A DNA stretch of 64,000 nt from an uncultured Trueperaceae bacterium. Lineage in GTDB: Bacteria > Deinococcota > Deinococci > Deinococcales > Trueperaceae. A program made the translations under genes and the position numbers. Location of the stretch: the NCBI GenBank assembly GCA_963815215.1, contig CAWFFU010000011.1:1-64000 (forward strand), given 5' to 3'. The notes below the pieces were generated by a model. It was not told the origin of the DNA. It did no database searches and was given only the letters and a program-made list of their open reading frames with translations. Shown here one piece after another: positions 50,259 to 62,669 of the stretch. Each line of letters begins with the position of its first letter. The stretch's first letter is position 1.

Positions 50259-50924
50259 GTGAACGAACGGATCCTGATCGTCGAGGACGAACCGCGCATC
50301 GCTGACGTGCTCGAGCGCTACCTGCGCGCCGCGGGCTTTCTCACCGAGCGCGCCTCCAGCGGCAGGCGCGCGCTCGAGTTGTGGCGCGCCGCCAACCCCG
50401 ACGCCATCCTGCTCGATCTGATGATCCCGGACATGGACGGGCTCGAGGTGGCACGCAAGGTGCGTGCCACCTCGGACGTGCCGATCCTGATGGTGACCGC
50501 CAAGGCCGACGAACTCGACCGTCTGGTCGGGCTCGAGCTCGGCGCCGACGACTACATCGCCAAGCCGTTCAGTCCCCGCGAGGTGGTAGCCCGTCTTCGC
50601 GCCGTGTTGCGACGCAGCCAGGGCACGCTGAAGCGTGCGCGACGCTTCGTGGTCGGCGCGTTGGAGATCGACCTTGACGCCTTCGAAGCCCGGTGCGACG
50701 GCGTCGCGCTGGGCCTCAGCCCCACCCAGTTGCGGCTGCTCGGCGCCATGGCCGAGCAGCCCAACCGAGCCTTCCGCCGCAGCGAGCTAGTCGAAGCCCT
50801 CCAGGATCCGACGGCGGACACACGAACGGTCGACGCTCACGTCAAGAACCTCCGCCAGCGGCTGGGGGCCTGCACCGAACAGCTCGAGACGGTGCGGGGC
50901 GTGGGCTACCGCCTGAGAGGCTGA
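50259..50924 (+). CDS. OmpR/BaeR-family response regulator
   Basis: ILIVEDE, LDLMIPDMDG, GADDYIAKPFSPRE, VDAHVKNLR, TVRGVGYR. Confidence 0.92.
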   Translation: MNERILIVEDEPRIADVLERYLRAAGFLTERASSGRRALELWRAANPDAILLDLMIPDMDGLEVARKVRATSDVPILMVTAKADELDRLVGLELGADDYIAKPFSPREVVARLRAVLRRSQGTLKRARRFVVGALEIDLDAFEARCDGVALGLSPTQLRLLGAMAEQPNRAFRRSELVEALQDPTADTRTVDAHVKNLRQRLGACTEQLETVRGVGYRLRG

Positions 50925-50927
50925 GCG

Positions 50928-52088
50928 GTGCGTCTGCGCCGCCAGCTCATGATCGCGGTGACGCTGGTGGCGCTGGCAGCGGTCACGGTCACGGCGCTGC
51001 TGAGCGTGCAGGTGGCGACGCAGCGTGTCGGCCGTCTGTTCGACGCTCCGGTCCCGGCGCAGGACGCCGCTCGCCCAGCGGCCGCGCGGGGCGCAGGCTC
51101 CGGCATGGCCGCCGGCGGCGGCCCCGCCTTCGCCGAGGCGCGCCGGGCCGCGCTGCGGGCCGACCTGTGGCGCGCCAACCTGCAATCCGCCGCCATCGCC
51201 CTGCTGGTCGCGGCCGCCGTGGGCATGGTGCTGGCGGCGCGCCTGGCCCGGCCGCTGCGTGGCCTCACGACGACCGCGAACCGCTACGCCTCCGGCGAGC
51301 GCATGGCCCGCGCCGATGAGAGCGGCCGCGACGAGGTGGCGGAGGTCGCACGCGCGTTCAACCGCGTGGCGGACAATCTGCGCCTCGAAGAGGAGCAGCA
51401 GCAGCGGCTCATCGCCGACATCGCCCACGAGCTGCGGACCCCGCTGACGGTCCTCAAGGGGGAGCTCGAAGCCCTCGAGGACGGCCTGATGGAAGCCGAG
51501 CCCGACACCTTCCGGCGACTGGGCGAGGAGGTCACGCTGCTCGAGCGACTGGTGCAGGACCTGCGCCTGCTCACCCAGGCGGAGAGCGGCGAGCTGGCGC
51601 TGCACCGTGGGAGCGTCGACCTCTCCGCGCTGGTGCGCGAGGCCACGACCTCGTTCGCCACACACGCACGGCGCCGGGACGTCACCCTGGTGCCCGACCT
51701 CACCCCCGTCACCCTGGAAGCCGACGCCGACCGCCTCAAGCAAGTGCTCACGAACCTGTTGGAGAACGCCGTGCGCCACGCTCCGGCCGGGAGCCGGGTC
51801 GACGTGGGCCTGAGCGAAGCCGGCGGGCACGCACTGCTGAGCGTACGCGACCGCGGCTCCGGCATCCCGGACGACGAGCGCGAACGGGTCTTCCAGCGCT
51901 TCTACCGACTCGACCCCGCGCGCAGCCGGGCGACCGGAGGCTCCGGCCTGGGCCTCGCCATCGTGCGGTCGCTCGTCGAGCTCCACGGCGGATCGGTGGC
52001 GGCTTCCACGCACCCCCAGGGCGGCGCCGTGCTCACCGTCCGGCTACCGCTCGCCGGCTCCGGGGACGCTCCTCACGCGCGCACCTGA
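50928..52088 (+). CDS. BaeS-like HAMP sensor histidine kinase
   Basis: IAHELRTP, NLLENA, DRGSGIP, FQRFYR, GSGLGL. Confidence 0.92.
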   Translation: MRLRRQLMIAVTLVALAAVTVTALLSVQVATQRVGRLFDAPVPAQDAARPAAARGAGSGMAAGGGPAFAEARRAALRADLWRANLQSAAIALLVAAAVGMVLAARLARPLRGLTTTANRYASGERMARADESGRDEVAEVARAFNRVADNLRLEEEQQQRLIADIAHELRTPLTVLKGELEALEDGLMEAEPDTFRRLGEEVTLLERLVQDLRLLTQAESGELALHRGSVDLSALVREATTSFATHARRRDVTLVPDLTPVTLEADADRLKQVLTNLLENAVRHAPAGSRVDVGLSEAGGHALLSVRDRGSGIPDDERERVFQRFYRLDPARSRATGGSGLGLAIVRSLVELHGGSVAASTHPQGGAVLTVRLPLAGSGDAPHART

Positions 52089-53326
52089 CCCTCGCCGTCG
52101 ATGAGGTACTTGTAGGTCACCATCTCCGCCAGCCCCATCGGCCCGCGGGCGTGGAGCTTCTGGGTACTGATGCCGATCTCGGCGCCGAATCCGAGAGCGA
52201 AGCCGTCGGTGAAGCGCGTGGAGGCGTTGACGTAGACCGCCGCGGCATCCACCTCGTTGCGGAAACGCTCGGCGACGACCAGGTCGTTCGCCACGATGGC
52301 CTCGCTGTGCTGCGTGCCGTAGCGCGCGATGTGCTCCAGGGCATCGTCCAGGCCGTCGACCACACGAACCGCCAGCTTGAGGTCGAGGAACTCCGTGGCC
52401 CAGTCCTCCTCGCTGGCCTCGTCCACCGCGTCGACCAGCGCCCGGGTGCGGGCGCAGCCCACCAGCGCCACGCCGGCCGACGCCAGGCGCGCCAGCGCCG
52501 CTGGGAGGAAACGCTCCGCCACCGCGGCGTCCACCAGCAGCGTCTCGGCCGCGTTGCACACGCCGGGCCGCTGTACCTTGGCGTTGAACACGATGGCGTC
52601 GGCGGCCTCCAGATCGGCCGTGGCATGCACGTAGACATGGCAGTTCCCGACACCGGTCTCGATGACGGGCACACGCGCGTTCTCGACGACGTGGCGGATG
52701 AGACCCGCGCCTCCGCGAGGGATCACCAGGTCGACCCTGCCCCGGGCCTGGAGCAGCTCGGTCACCCGCGCCCGGTCTGGCGAATCGACGAGCTGCAGCG
52801 CGTCGACGGGCAGACCGGCTCCGGCGATGGCGTCGCGCATCACCGCGCTCAGCGTCCGGTTGCTCTCGAGCGCGTTGGCCGAGCCCCGCAGCACGGCCGC
52901 GCTGCCGGCCTTCATCGCCAGCACGGCGGCGTCAACGGTGACGTTCGGCCGGGACTCGTAGATCATGCCGATCACGCCGAAGGGAACGCTCACCTTGCGA
53001 ACCCTCAAGCCGTTGGGCAGGCGCCAGCCGTCGAGCACCCGGCCCAGCGGGTCGGGCAGGTCGGCCACCTGCCGGCATCCGTGCGCCATCGCGGCCACAC
53101 GCTCGGCGTCGAGCGCCAGGCGGTCGAGCCGCGAGGCGGCGGTGCCGCGCTCGCGCTCGGCGGCCACGTCGCGGGCGTTCGCCTCGAGGATGCGCTCGAC
53201 GTTGCCCTCCAGCGCCTGCGCGACGCCCTCGAGGGCCGCATTCCGGTCCGCGCCGGCCAGCGCGCGGCTGGCGCGGCGCGCGCGCGTCAGGAGCGCGTCC
53301 AGCGGGACCTCCAGGGCGGCGGACAT
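52073..53326 (-). CDS. proA: Gamma-glutamyl phosphate reductase
   Basis: VPFGVIGMIYESRPNVT, IPRGG, GNCHVY, CNAAET, NASTRFTDG, GAEIGISTQKLHARGPMGL; TATACT 5 nt before ATG. Confidence 0.96.
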   Translation of the reverse strand: MSAALEVPLDALLTRARRASRALAGADRNAALEGVAQALEGNVERILEANARDVAAERERGTAASRLDRLALDAERVAAMAHGCRQVADLPDPLGRVLDGWRLPNGLRVRKVSVPFGVIGMIYESRPNVTVDAAVLAMKAGSAAVLRGSANALESNRTLSAVMRDAIAGAGLPVDALQLVDSPDRARVTELLQARGRVDLVIPRGGAGLIRHVVENARVPVIETGVGNCHVYVHATADLEAADAIVFNAKVQRPGVCNAAETLLVDAAVAERFLPAALARLASAGVALVGCARTRALVDAVDEASEEDWATEFLDLKLAVRVVDGLDDALEHIARYGTQHSEAIVANDLVVAERFRNEVDAAAVYVNASTRFTDGFALGFGAEIGISTQKLHARGPMGLAEMVTYKYLIDGEGQVRA

Positions 53327-53432
53327 ACGGGAGTATAGCGTCCTGTACCTGACGCGCCCTAGCGCCCGCCCCGCCGACCGACATGGGGTCCCGGCCCGCG
53401 TCGCTAGACTGGCCGCGAAGGGAGGCCCCTGC

Positions 53433-54143
53433 ATGAACGAGCGGCCTTCGAACCACGATTCCCGCGTCGTACTGGTCACGGGCGCCGCCGGCGGCATCGG
53501 CTCCCACGTGGCCCGGCGCTTCGACGCCGACGGCTGGCGCCTCGCGCTCCTGGAACGCCCCCACAACGTCGACAAGGTGCGCGATACCTTCCCCGAGGCC
53601 CTCACCGTCGGCGTCGATCTCACCGACGCCGACGACACCGAGCGAGCGGTGCAGGCCGTCCTGGCGGAGCGCGGACGCGTCGACGCGCTGCTCAACCTGG
53701 TGGGCGGCTTCACCAAGCAATCGGCGCTCGAGCCCGGTAACGAGGCGCTCGAGCGTCAGCTCGACCTCAACCTGCGCACGGCGGTCCATGCCACGCGCGC
53801 GGTGCTGCCGTCGATGGTCGAGCGCGGCAGCGGCTTCGTGATGGGTGTCGCTGCGGCGGCGGCCGTGCGGGGCGGCGCCCGGATGCCCGCCTACGCGGCG
53901 GCCAAGTCGGCGCTGACCGGCTACCTGCGCAGCGTGCGCGCCGAGGTCGAACCCCAGGGGGTAGGCGTGAGCGTGCTGGTTCCCATGGGCACCGTGGACA
54001 CGCCCGCCAATCGCGCGGCGATGCGCGACACCGACCCGGCGTCGTGGATCGATCCCGACGAGCTCGCGGCGGCCGCGGCGTTCCTCGCCGGCCGCGGCGG
54101 ACGGGGGCGGGTGCGCGAGCTGCGAGTGTACGCGCCGGGCTGA
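53433..54143 (+). CDS. Short-chain dehydrogenase/reductase
   Basis: TGAAGGIG, YAAAK, GTVDTPANR; GGAGG RBS. Confidence 0.9.
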   Translation: MNERPSNHDSRVVLVTGAAGGIGSHVARRFDADGWRLALLERPHNVDKVRDTFPEALTVGVDLTDADDTERAVQAVLAERGRVDALLNLVGGFTKQSALEPGNEALERQLDLNLRTAVHATRAVLPSMVERGSGFVMGVAAAAAVRGGARMPAYAAAKSALTGYLRSVRAEVEPQGVGVSVLVPMGTVDTPANRAAMRDTDPASWIDPDELAAAAAFLAGRGGRGRVRELRVYAPG

Positions 54144-54176
54144 GCCGAGAGCCGTCGCCTCGCGCCCGACCGGGGC

Positions 54177-55757
54177 TCAGGCGAGCGCGTCCTCACCGAA
54201 GGTGACGGCGCCCTCCTTGAGGGTCGCTACCACGTGGAGTTCGTCCAGGTCGCGCGTCGGGTCGTGCGACAGCACCGCAAGGTCGGCGTCGAATCCGGGC
54301 GCCAGCCGGCCCGAGCGATCCTCACGGCCGATGGCGCGGGCCCCGCCGACCGTGTAGGCCGCGAGCGCCTGCGGGATCGTGAGGCGCTCGCGTGCGGCCA
54401 GCACGGTGCCGTCCACCCCACGCCGACGTGTCGCCGCTCGCAAGCCGTCGACCACGTCGGGATCGGCCACCGGCGTGTCCGAGCCGAACGCCAGCCCGGC
54501 GCCGCTCGCCAGCAACGAGGCGAAGGGGTAGGCGCGGTCGCGCCGGTCATCCAACGCGCGCAGGATGGTGGGCACGTCGAAGGTGAGGTGCAGCGGTTGC
54601 GCCGAAACCGTCACCCCCAGCGCCGCGAAGCGCGTCAGATCGGCGGGATGGAGGTGCTGGGCGTGCTCGATCCGCGGCCGCAGCCCGGCCGCCCGCCACG
54701 CCGGCGCGGTCGCTCCGAGCGCGTCGAGGACGGCGCGGTTGGCCGCGTCGCCGATGGCGTGGATGACCGGCGTGAGGCCCGCGCCGATGGCCAGCGGCAG
54801 GCGCCGCGCCAGCACCTCGGGGCCGTCCACCGCCACCCCCACATCGTCCATGCGGCCGGCGTAGGGCTCGAGCATCCACGCCGTCAAGCTCCCGAGCGCC
54901 CCGTCGGCGAAGAACTTGGCTCCGCCCACGGTGAACGAGCCGCCCCCGTGACCCGTCGCCACCCCCACCGCAGCCGCCTGCTCGATGTGCTCCTGGCCGA
55001 TGCAGGCCCACACCCGCAGCGGATAGACGGAGCGTGAGGCGGCGTCGGCCGTGGCACGCCAGTACGAAGGCGGCTCATAGGCCATCGAGTGCACCGTCGT
55101 CACGCCACGGGCGGCGAGGTGCTCGCCCGCCCGCTGCAGCGCCCGGGCGAGCTCCTCGGCGTCGGGCGTCGGCAGGCGAGCGGACAACAGCTCCATGGCG
55201 TGCTCCAGCAGCAGCCCCGTGGGTTCGCCGCGTTCGTCGCGTTGGATCACGCCCTCCGGCGGGTCGGCGGTGTCCCGATCGATCGCCGCCAGCCTCAGCG
55301 CGCTCCGGTTGCCCCACAGGCTGTGGTGGTCCTGGCTCCGGAGCGCGACCGGCCGTCCAGCCGAGGCCCGCTCGAGCGCGTCGGCCTCGACCGGCCCGAT
55401 GCCCTCCAGCCCCAACCGCTCCAGCGCGAACCCGCTGCCGACCAGCCAGCCGTCCGGCGGCAGCGCGGCGGCGTGCTCCTCGACCCGCCGCAGCAGCGCG
55501 GCGAGCGAGCGCACGTCCTTCAGATCGAGCTGGGCGAGCTCCAGGCCGTGAGCGGCCAGGTGTACGTGGGCGTCGTGGAAACCGGGCAGCAACGCCCGCT
55601 CGCCCAGCGCCACGACTCGCGTACGGGGCCCTGCCAGCGCCTCGGCGTCGTCGCCCAACGCGCTCACGCGCCCCGCCGTGACGGCGAGCGCGTGCGTGAG
55701 CGGACGCCCGGCGTCCATGGTGAGCACGGTTCCCTCGAAGAGCCAGTCGGCGCTCAC
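54177..55757 (-). CDS. YtcJ-like amidohydrolase
   Basis: PGFHDAHVH, KFFADGALGS, HAIGD, RIEHAQ, FGSD, ADLAVL. Confidence 0.9.
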   Translation of the reverse strand: MSADWLFEGTVLTMDAGRPLTHALAVTAGRVSALGDDAEALAGPRTRVVALGERALLPGFHDAHVHLAAHGLELAQLDLKDVRSLAALLRRVEEHAAALPPDGWLVGSGFALERLGLEGIGPVEADALERASAGRPVALRSQDHHSLWGNRSALRLAAIDRDTADPPEGVIQRDERGEPTGLLLEHAMELLSARLPTPDAEELARALQRAGEHLAARGVTTVHSMAYEPPSYWRATADAASRSVYPLRVWACIGQEHIEQAAAVGVATGHGGGSFTVGGAKFFADGALGSLTAWMLEPYAGRMDDVGVAVDGPEVLARRLPLAIGAGLTPVIHAIGDAANRAVLDALGATAPAWRAAGLRPRIEHAQHLHPADLTRFAALGVTVSAQPLHLTFDVPTILRALDDRRDRAYPFASLLASGAGLAFGSDTPVADPDVVDGLRAATRRRGVDGTVLAARERLTIPQALAAYTVGGARAIGREDRSGRLAPGFDADLAVLSHDPTRDLDELHVVATLKEGAVTFGEDALA

Positions 55758-55764
55758 GCTGACC

Positions 55765-56541
55765 TCAGCGCCCTTGGAAGCGCGGAAGGCGCTTCTCCCG
55801 GAAGGCGGCGACGCCCTCGCGCGCGTCCACGCTGGCGGCCGCCCGGCCCTGGAGTTCGGCCTCGAGCGCCAGCTGTTGGTCGAGGCCCTGCTGAAGCGAA
55901 GCCTGCAGCTCACGCTTGGCCAGAGCGAAGGCGTACGTCGGGCCGTCGGCCAGCTCGCGCACGAAGCGCCACGCCTCCTCTGCGAACCGCTCCGCGTCCA
56001 GAACGCGCTCGCCCAACCCCAGCGCCAGGGCCTCGTCGGCCTCCACCCGGCGGCCGGAGTACAGCAGCTCGAAGGCGCGCCCCAACCCCACCAGCCGCGG
56101 CAGCGCGTAGCTGCAGGAAGCGTCCATCACCAGGCCGATGCCCGTGAACCCCACTGCGAAGCTCGCCCCGCTCGCCAGCAGACGCATGTCGCACGCCAAC
56201 GCCAGGCTCATGCCCGCCCCCGCGGCCACACCGTTGACACCGGCGACGACCGGCTTGGGGAGCGCGCGCAGCGCCCGTACGACGGGGTGATAGCGCCCCT
56301 CGAGCAGCTCGCTGATGTCGGCGTCGACCGACGTCTCGGCGAGGTCGGCGCCGGCGCAGAAGCCGCGGCCCTCCCCCGTGAGAAGCACGGCCCGGACGTC
56401 GTCGTGCGCGGCCGGTCCTTCCAGCGCCCGGCGCAACTCGTCGAGCATGGCGGGCGAGAGGGCGTTGAGCACGTGCGGCCGGTCGAGGGCGATGCGCAGG
56501 GCGCCCCCCTCGCGGTCGAGCTTCAGGTAGTCGAAGGCCAT
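55765..56541 (-). CDS. Enoyl-CoA hydratase/isomerase (PaaG-like)
   Basis: RGFCAGADL, VNGVAAGAG, LACD, EGVAAFREKR. Confidence 0.9.
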   Translation of the reverse strand: MAFDYLKLDREGGALRIALDRPHVLNALSPAMLDELRRALEGPAAHDDVRAVLLTGEGRGFCAGADLAETSVDADISELLEGRYHPVVRALRALPKPVVAGVNGVAAGAGMSLALACDMRLLASGASFAVGFTGIGLVMDASCSYALPRLVGLGRAFELLYSGRRVEADEALALGLGERVLDAERFAEEAWRFVRELADGPTYAFALAKRELQASLQQGLDQQLALEAELQGRAAASVDAREGVAAFREKRLPRFQGR

Positions 56542-56579
56542 GGAACCTCCCGTTCCTTGATGATGGCGAGCGAGGCGCG

Positions 56580-56924
56580 TCAGCGCGGCTCTCGCGGCCG
56601 TCCGCTAGCGAGCGCCACCAGGAGCTCGTAGTCGTCGGGCCAGGCCGGGTCGTCGAGGGCCGCCCGGTTCCTGCGAACGGCCCCGCAGCGCCGGCAGCGA
56701 TGGACGATGATCCAGCCCTTCTTGCCGCTGTGTTCGGCCGCCACCGGCTCGAGCACCCCGCCACAGTCGCTGGCGCGGTCGCCCGGGTTGACGTCGACGT
56801 GCAACGAGTGCAGGCAGACCGGACAGTGGTTGCGGTAACTGCCGTTGGCCAGCGCGGGCACGTCGGCGCCGCACACCGCACAGGTGAAGCCCTCGTTCGC
56901 CCCGCGGCCGATGAAGCGTCGCAC
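56580..56924 (-). CDS. RNHCP domain protein
   Basis: FTCAVCG, YRNHCPVCLHSLHVD, PGDRASDCGG, HRCRRCG. Confidence 0.9.
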   Translation of the reverse strand: MRRFIGRGANEGFTCAVCGADVPALANGSYRNHCPVCLHSLHVDVNPGDRASDCGGVLEPVAAEHSGKKGWIIVHRCRRCGAVRRNRAALDDPAWPDDYELLVALASGRPREPR

Positions 56925-57047
56925 GTGACGCCAGTGTACCCGGCGGCCTCGCGTCCTCGCGGCCGCACGAGTGGCCCGGACAGGTGACCCTCACCGCAGC
57001 GCCCTACAATGAGCCCCGGCGCCCTCGCCCGGCGGGGGCCGGGAACC

Positions 57048-59482
<2,435 letters not shown>

Positions 59483-59486
<4 letters not shown>

Positions 59487-60529
59487 GGGGCGGGGCGCGT
59501 GCGCGCGGGCGACGCGGCCGGCACGGAACCGCCACCGCCCTTTCGTTGTTGGCGCTCGGTGTGGCCGTTGCCCTGATCCCGTGGCCCGAGCCGTGGGTGG
59601 AACGGTTCTTCGCGCGCGGTCTCTTCCCGTACACCAGCCGTCTCCTCGCGCCGTGGGTGGGAGCCGTCCCCTGGAGCCTGACGGGCGCGCTGGCGATCGC
59701 TCTGCTCGTGGCCGTGCTGGTGTCGTTGCCGTCGCGCGCGGGGCGACGCTTCCTGCTCCGCGGCCTGCTGCCTTGGGCGGCGGCCGTGCTGGTCCTCGGC
59801 TTCTCGCTGGTGTGGGGGCTCGCCTACCGTCGCGCCCCCCTGGCCGAGCTGCTCGGCGTTCCGGCGACGGCGCCGACCGGGGCCGAGCTGGCGACCGCTC
59901 AGGCCCGTCTGCTCTCGGTGCTGACGGGCTCGGTCGACTCCCCTCCACCTGTGCAGGCCGACGTCACCGCCGCCGGTCGTTGCGTGGCACGGGAGGTGCA
60001 GCGTCTGACCGGCAGCCGCGTGTCGGTCCCGCGCCGCGTCAAGGCCCTGCCGCCGGGGAGCCTGCTGCGGCTGGGGTTCGCGGGTGTCACCTCACCGTGG
60101 TTGCTCGAGCCGCACGTCGACGCCGGACTGCCGCCGGTCGCGCGGCTGGCCACCTCCACGCACGAGCTCACCCATACCGCCGGCTTCGCGCGCGAGGCCG
60201 ACACCGACGCGCTGGCCGTCCTGGCCGGGTTGCGTTGCGACGACCCGGCCGTGCGTTACGCGCTGAGCCTCCACGCTCTCGACCTGCTGCTGGTGTCGCT
60301 GCCCGAGGCGGCCCGGCAGCCATTGCTGGCCGCGCTCCCACCGCGCGCGCTACAGGACCTGCGCGCCGCCTCGGCCGCGGCCGCACGCTTCCGTGTGCCC
60401 TGGTTGCAGCGGGCGGCGACCGCCACCTACGGCGCCTACCTGCGCGGCCGTGGCGTGAAGGCCGGCATGGCCGACTACGGCCGCGCGACGATCCTGGTGG
60501 TGCAGTCGCTGGCGCGCGGCACGCCGTGA
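59483..60529 (+). CDS. DUF3810-like membrane zincin
   Basis: VERFFARGLFP, WGLAYRR, GVTSPWLLE, HELTH..GFAREAD; GTGA coupling. Confidence 0.75.
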
Positions 60530-60539
60530 CGGCGCCGGG

Positions 60540-62597
60540 TCAGCTCGTCACGGGGCTCGCTTGCGGTTCAGGCTCGACCCCGAGGTTGCGCCGCATCAGC
60601 GCGTCGAGATCGGGCCCGCGGCCCATGAAGCGCTCGAACAGGACCATGGGGTCCTCGCTGTCGGCCTTCGACAGCACCGCGTCGACGAAGGCGCGGCCGG
60701 TCGCGGGATTGAAGATCCCCTCGCGCTGGAAGCGGCTGAAGGCGTCGGCGTCGAGCACCTCGCTCCACTTGTAGCTGTAGTACCCGGCGGCATAGCCGCC
60801 CGCGAAGACGTGGCTGAACGACGTCAGGAACGGGCTGTGCGCGAACTCCGGTCGCACCGCGAACGGCTCCATCACGTGCTGCCCGAAGGCGATCGGATCG
60901 CCGCCGAGCATGGGATCGTAGTCGATGTGCAGGGCCAGGTCGACGGCGCCGAGGCTGAGCTGGCGCATCTGGTCGGTCGCCGCCAGGAAGGTGCGGCTGC
61001 TCGAGAGGCGCGCGAACAGCTCATCGGGGATGCGTTCGTTGGTATCGACATGGCGGGCGAAGAGATCCAGGCCCTCGCGCTCCCACGCCCAGTTCTCCAT
61101 GATCTGCGAAGGCAGCTCCACGAAGTCCCAGGCGACGCTCCCCAGGCTGCCGCGGCCCGGGACCTCCACCCGGCCGAGCACGTGATGCAGCAGGTGCCCG
61201 AACTCGTGGAACAGGGTGGTGACCTCGTCGTGCGTCAGCAGCGCCGGCTGCCCGTCGGACGGTGGGGTGACGTTCGCCGCGATGGCGCCGACGTGCGGCG
61301 CGAACTGCGGGCCCTCGGGTCCGCCGGTGATCATCGGGTTCATCCAGGCTCCGTCGCGCTTCGATGCGCGCGGGTACCAGTCGGCGTAGAAGGTGCCGAC
61401 GTGGGTACCGTCGCGGTCGTACAGGTCGTGCACGCGAACATCCGGGTGCCACGTGGGAACCCCCTGGCTCGCCTCCACGCGGACGCCGAACAGGCGCTCG
61501 GCGACCGAGAACAGGCCTTCGAGCACGGTGTCGAGCGCGAAGTAGGGGCGCAGCTCCTCTTCGTCGAACGCGAAGCGCGTGCGCCGCAACGACTCGGCCA
61601 CGAAGTCGAGGTCCCAGGGCTCGAGCCGCGCGATGCCTGATTGCTCCCGCGCGAAGGCGTTGAGTACTACGACCTCGTCCCGGAAGCGCGGCAGCGTGCG
61701 CCGCGCCAACTCGCGTTCGAAGGCCTGCGCCTCGGCCCCGCTCTTGACCATGCGGTCCTCGAGCTGCAGGTCGGCGAAGTCGCGGTAGCCCAGCAGCCGG
61801 GCCAGCCGGCGGCGGCGGTCGAGGATAGCGGCGAGGACCGGCCGGTTGTCGTGGTCCCCTCCTCCGGCCCGTCCCACGAAGGCCTGGTACAGCTCGCGGC
61901 GGCGCGCGCGGGAGCGTGCGAACTTCATGAACGAGCGGTACGAGGGAGCTTGCAGGGTGAAGCGGTAGCCGGTCTCGCCATGGGCTTCGGCCTCGAGCCG
62001 AGCGCGGCGGCGCACGCCGGAAGGAAGCCCTTCGAGCTCGGCCTCCTCGGTGATCACCATCGAGAAGGCGTTGGTCGCGTCCAGTACGTTCTCACTGAAG
62101 CGTGTCGAGAGGCGCGACAGCTCTACCCGCAGGGCGCGCGCCTGCTCGCGCTCCTGCTCGGGCAGGTCGGCGCCCGCCTGGCGGAACTCCTGCAGCGTCT
62201 TCTGCAAATGGCGCTGCCGGACGCCGGTCAAGCCCCGCGCCTCCTGGGTCCCCGCGTACGCCTTCAGGGCAGCCCACAGACCGGCATGTGTCGGGATGCC
62301 GGCCATGAAGCCGGAGTAGACGGGAAGCGCCTCGTTGTAGGCGTGTCGCAACTCGGGCGAGCTCTGCACCTGCGTGAGGTGACGGGCGAAGCCGAACACG
62401 CGTGAAGCGCGCTCCACCAGTGCGTCGAGCTCCAGCAGGGTGTTCTCGAACGTGCGCGGGCCCGCGGCCGTCACGAGCGCCTCGAGCTCACGTTCGGCCG
62501 TCGCGACGGCCTGGCGCACCGCGGGCGCCACGGACGCCGCCGTCATCGCTCCGAACGGGGGGCGCGCTGCGCGGGACAGGAAGGGGTTCTCGGTCAT
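60540..62597 (-). CDS. M3 metallopeptidase (oligopeptidase A-like)
   Basis: TLFHEFGHLLH, DFVELPSQIMENW, YAAGYYSYKWSEVLDAD. Confidence 0.93.
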   Translation of the reverse strand: MTENPFLSRAARPPFGAMTAASVAPAVRQAVATAERELEALVTAAGPRTFENTLLELDALVERASRVFGFARHLTQVQSSPELRHAYNEALPVYSGFMAGIPTHAGLWAALKAYAGTQEARGLTGVRQRHLQKTLQEFRQAGADLPEQEREQARALRVELSRLSTRFSENVLDATNAFSMVITEEAELEGLPSGVRRRARLEAEAHGETGYRFTLQAPSYRSFMKFARSRARRRELYQAFVGRAGGGDHDNRPVLAAILDRRRRLARLLGYRDFADLQLEDRMVKSGAEAQAFERELARRTLPRFRDEVVVLNAFAREQSGIARLEPWDLDFVAESLRRTRFAFDEEELRPYFALDTVLEGLFSVAERLFGVRVEASQGVPTWHPDVRVHDLYDRDGTHVGTFYADWYPRASKRDGAWMNPMITGGPEGPQFAPHVGAIAANVTPPSDGQPALLTHDEVTTLFHEFGHLLHHVLGRVEVPGRGSLGSVAWDFVELPSQIMENWAWEREGLDLFARHVDTNERIPDELFARLSSSRTFLAATDQMRQLSLGAVDLALHIDYDPMLGGDPIAFGQHVMEPFAVRPEFAHSPFLTSFSHVFAGGYAAGYYSYKWSEVLDADAFSRFQREGIFNPATGRAFVDAVLSKADSEDPMVLFERFMGRGPDLDALMRRNLGVEPEPQASPVTS

Positions 62598-62669
62598 CGA
62601 CACTCCTCGGCCTCCAACAACCCGCACAGTCTACCCGCGCACCCGTTCGCGGGGAACCGTCCGCGCGAG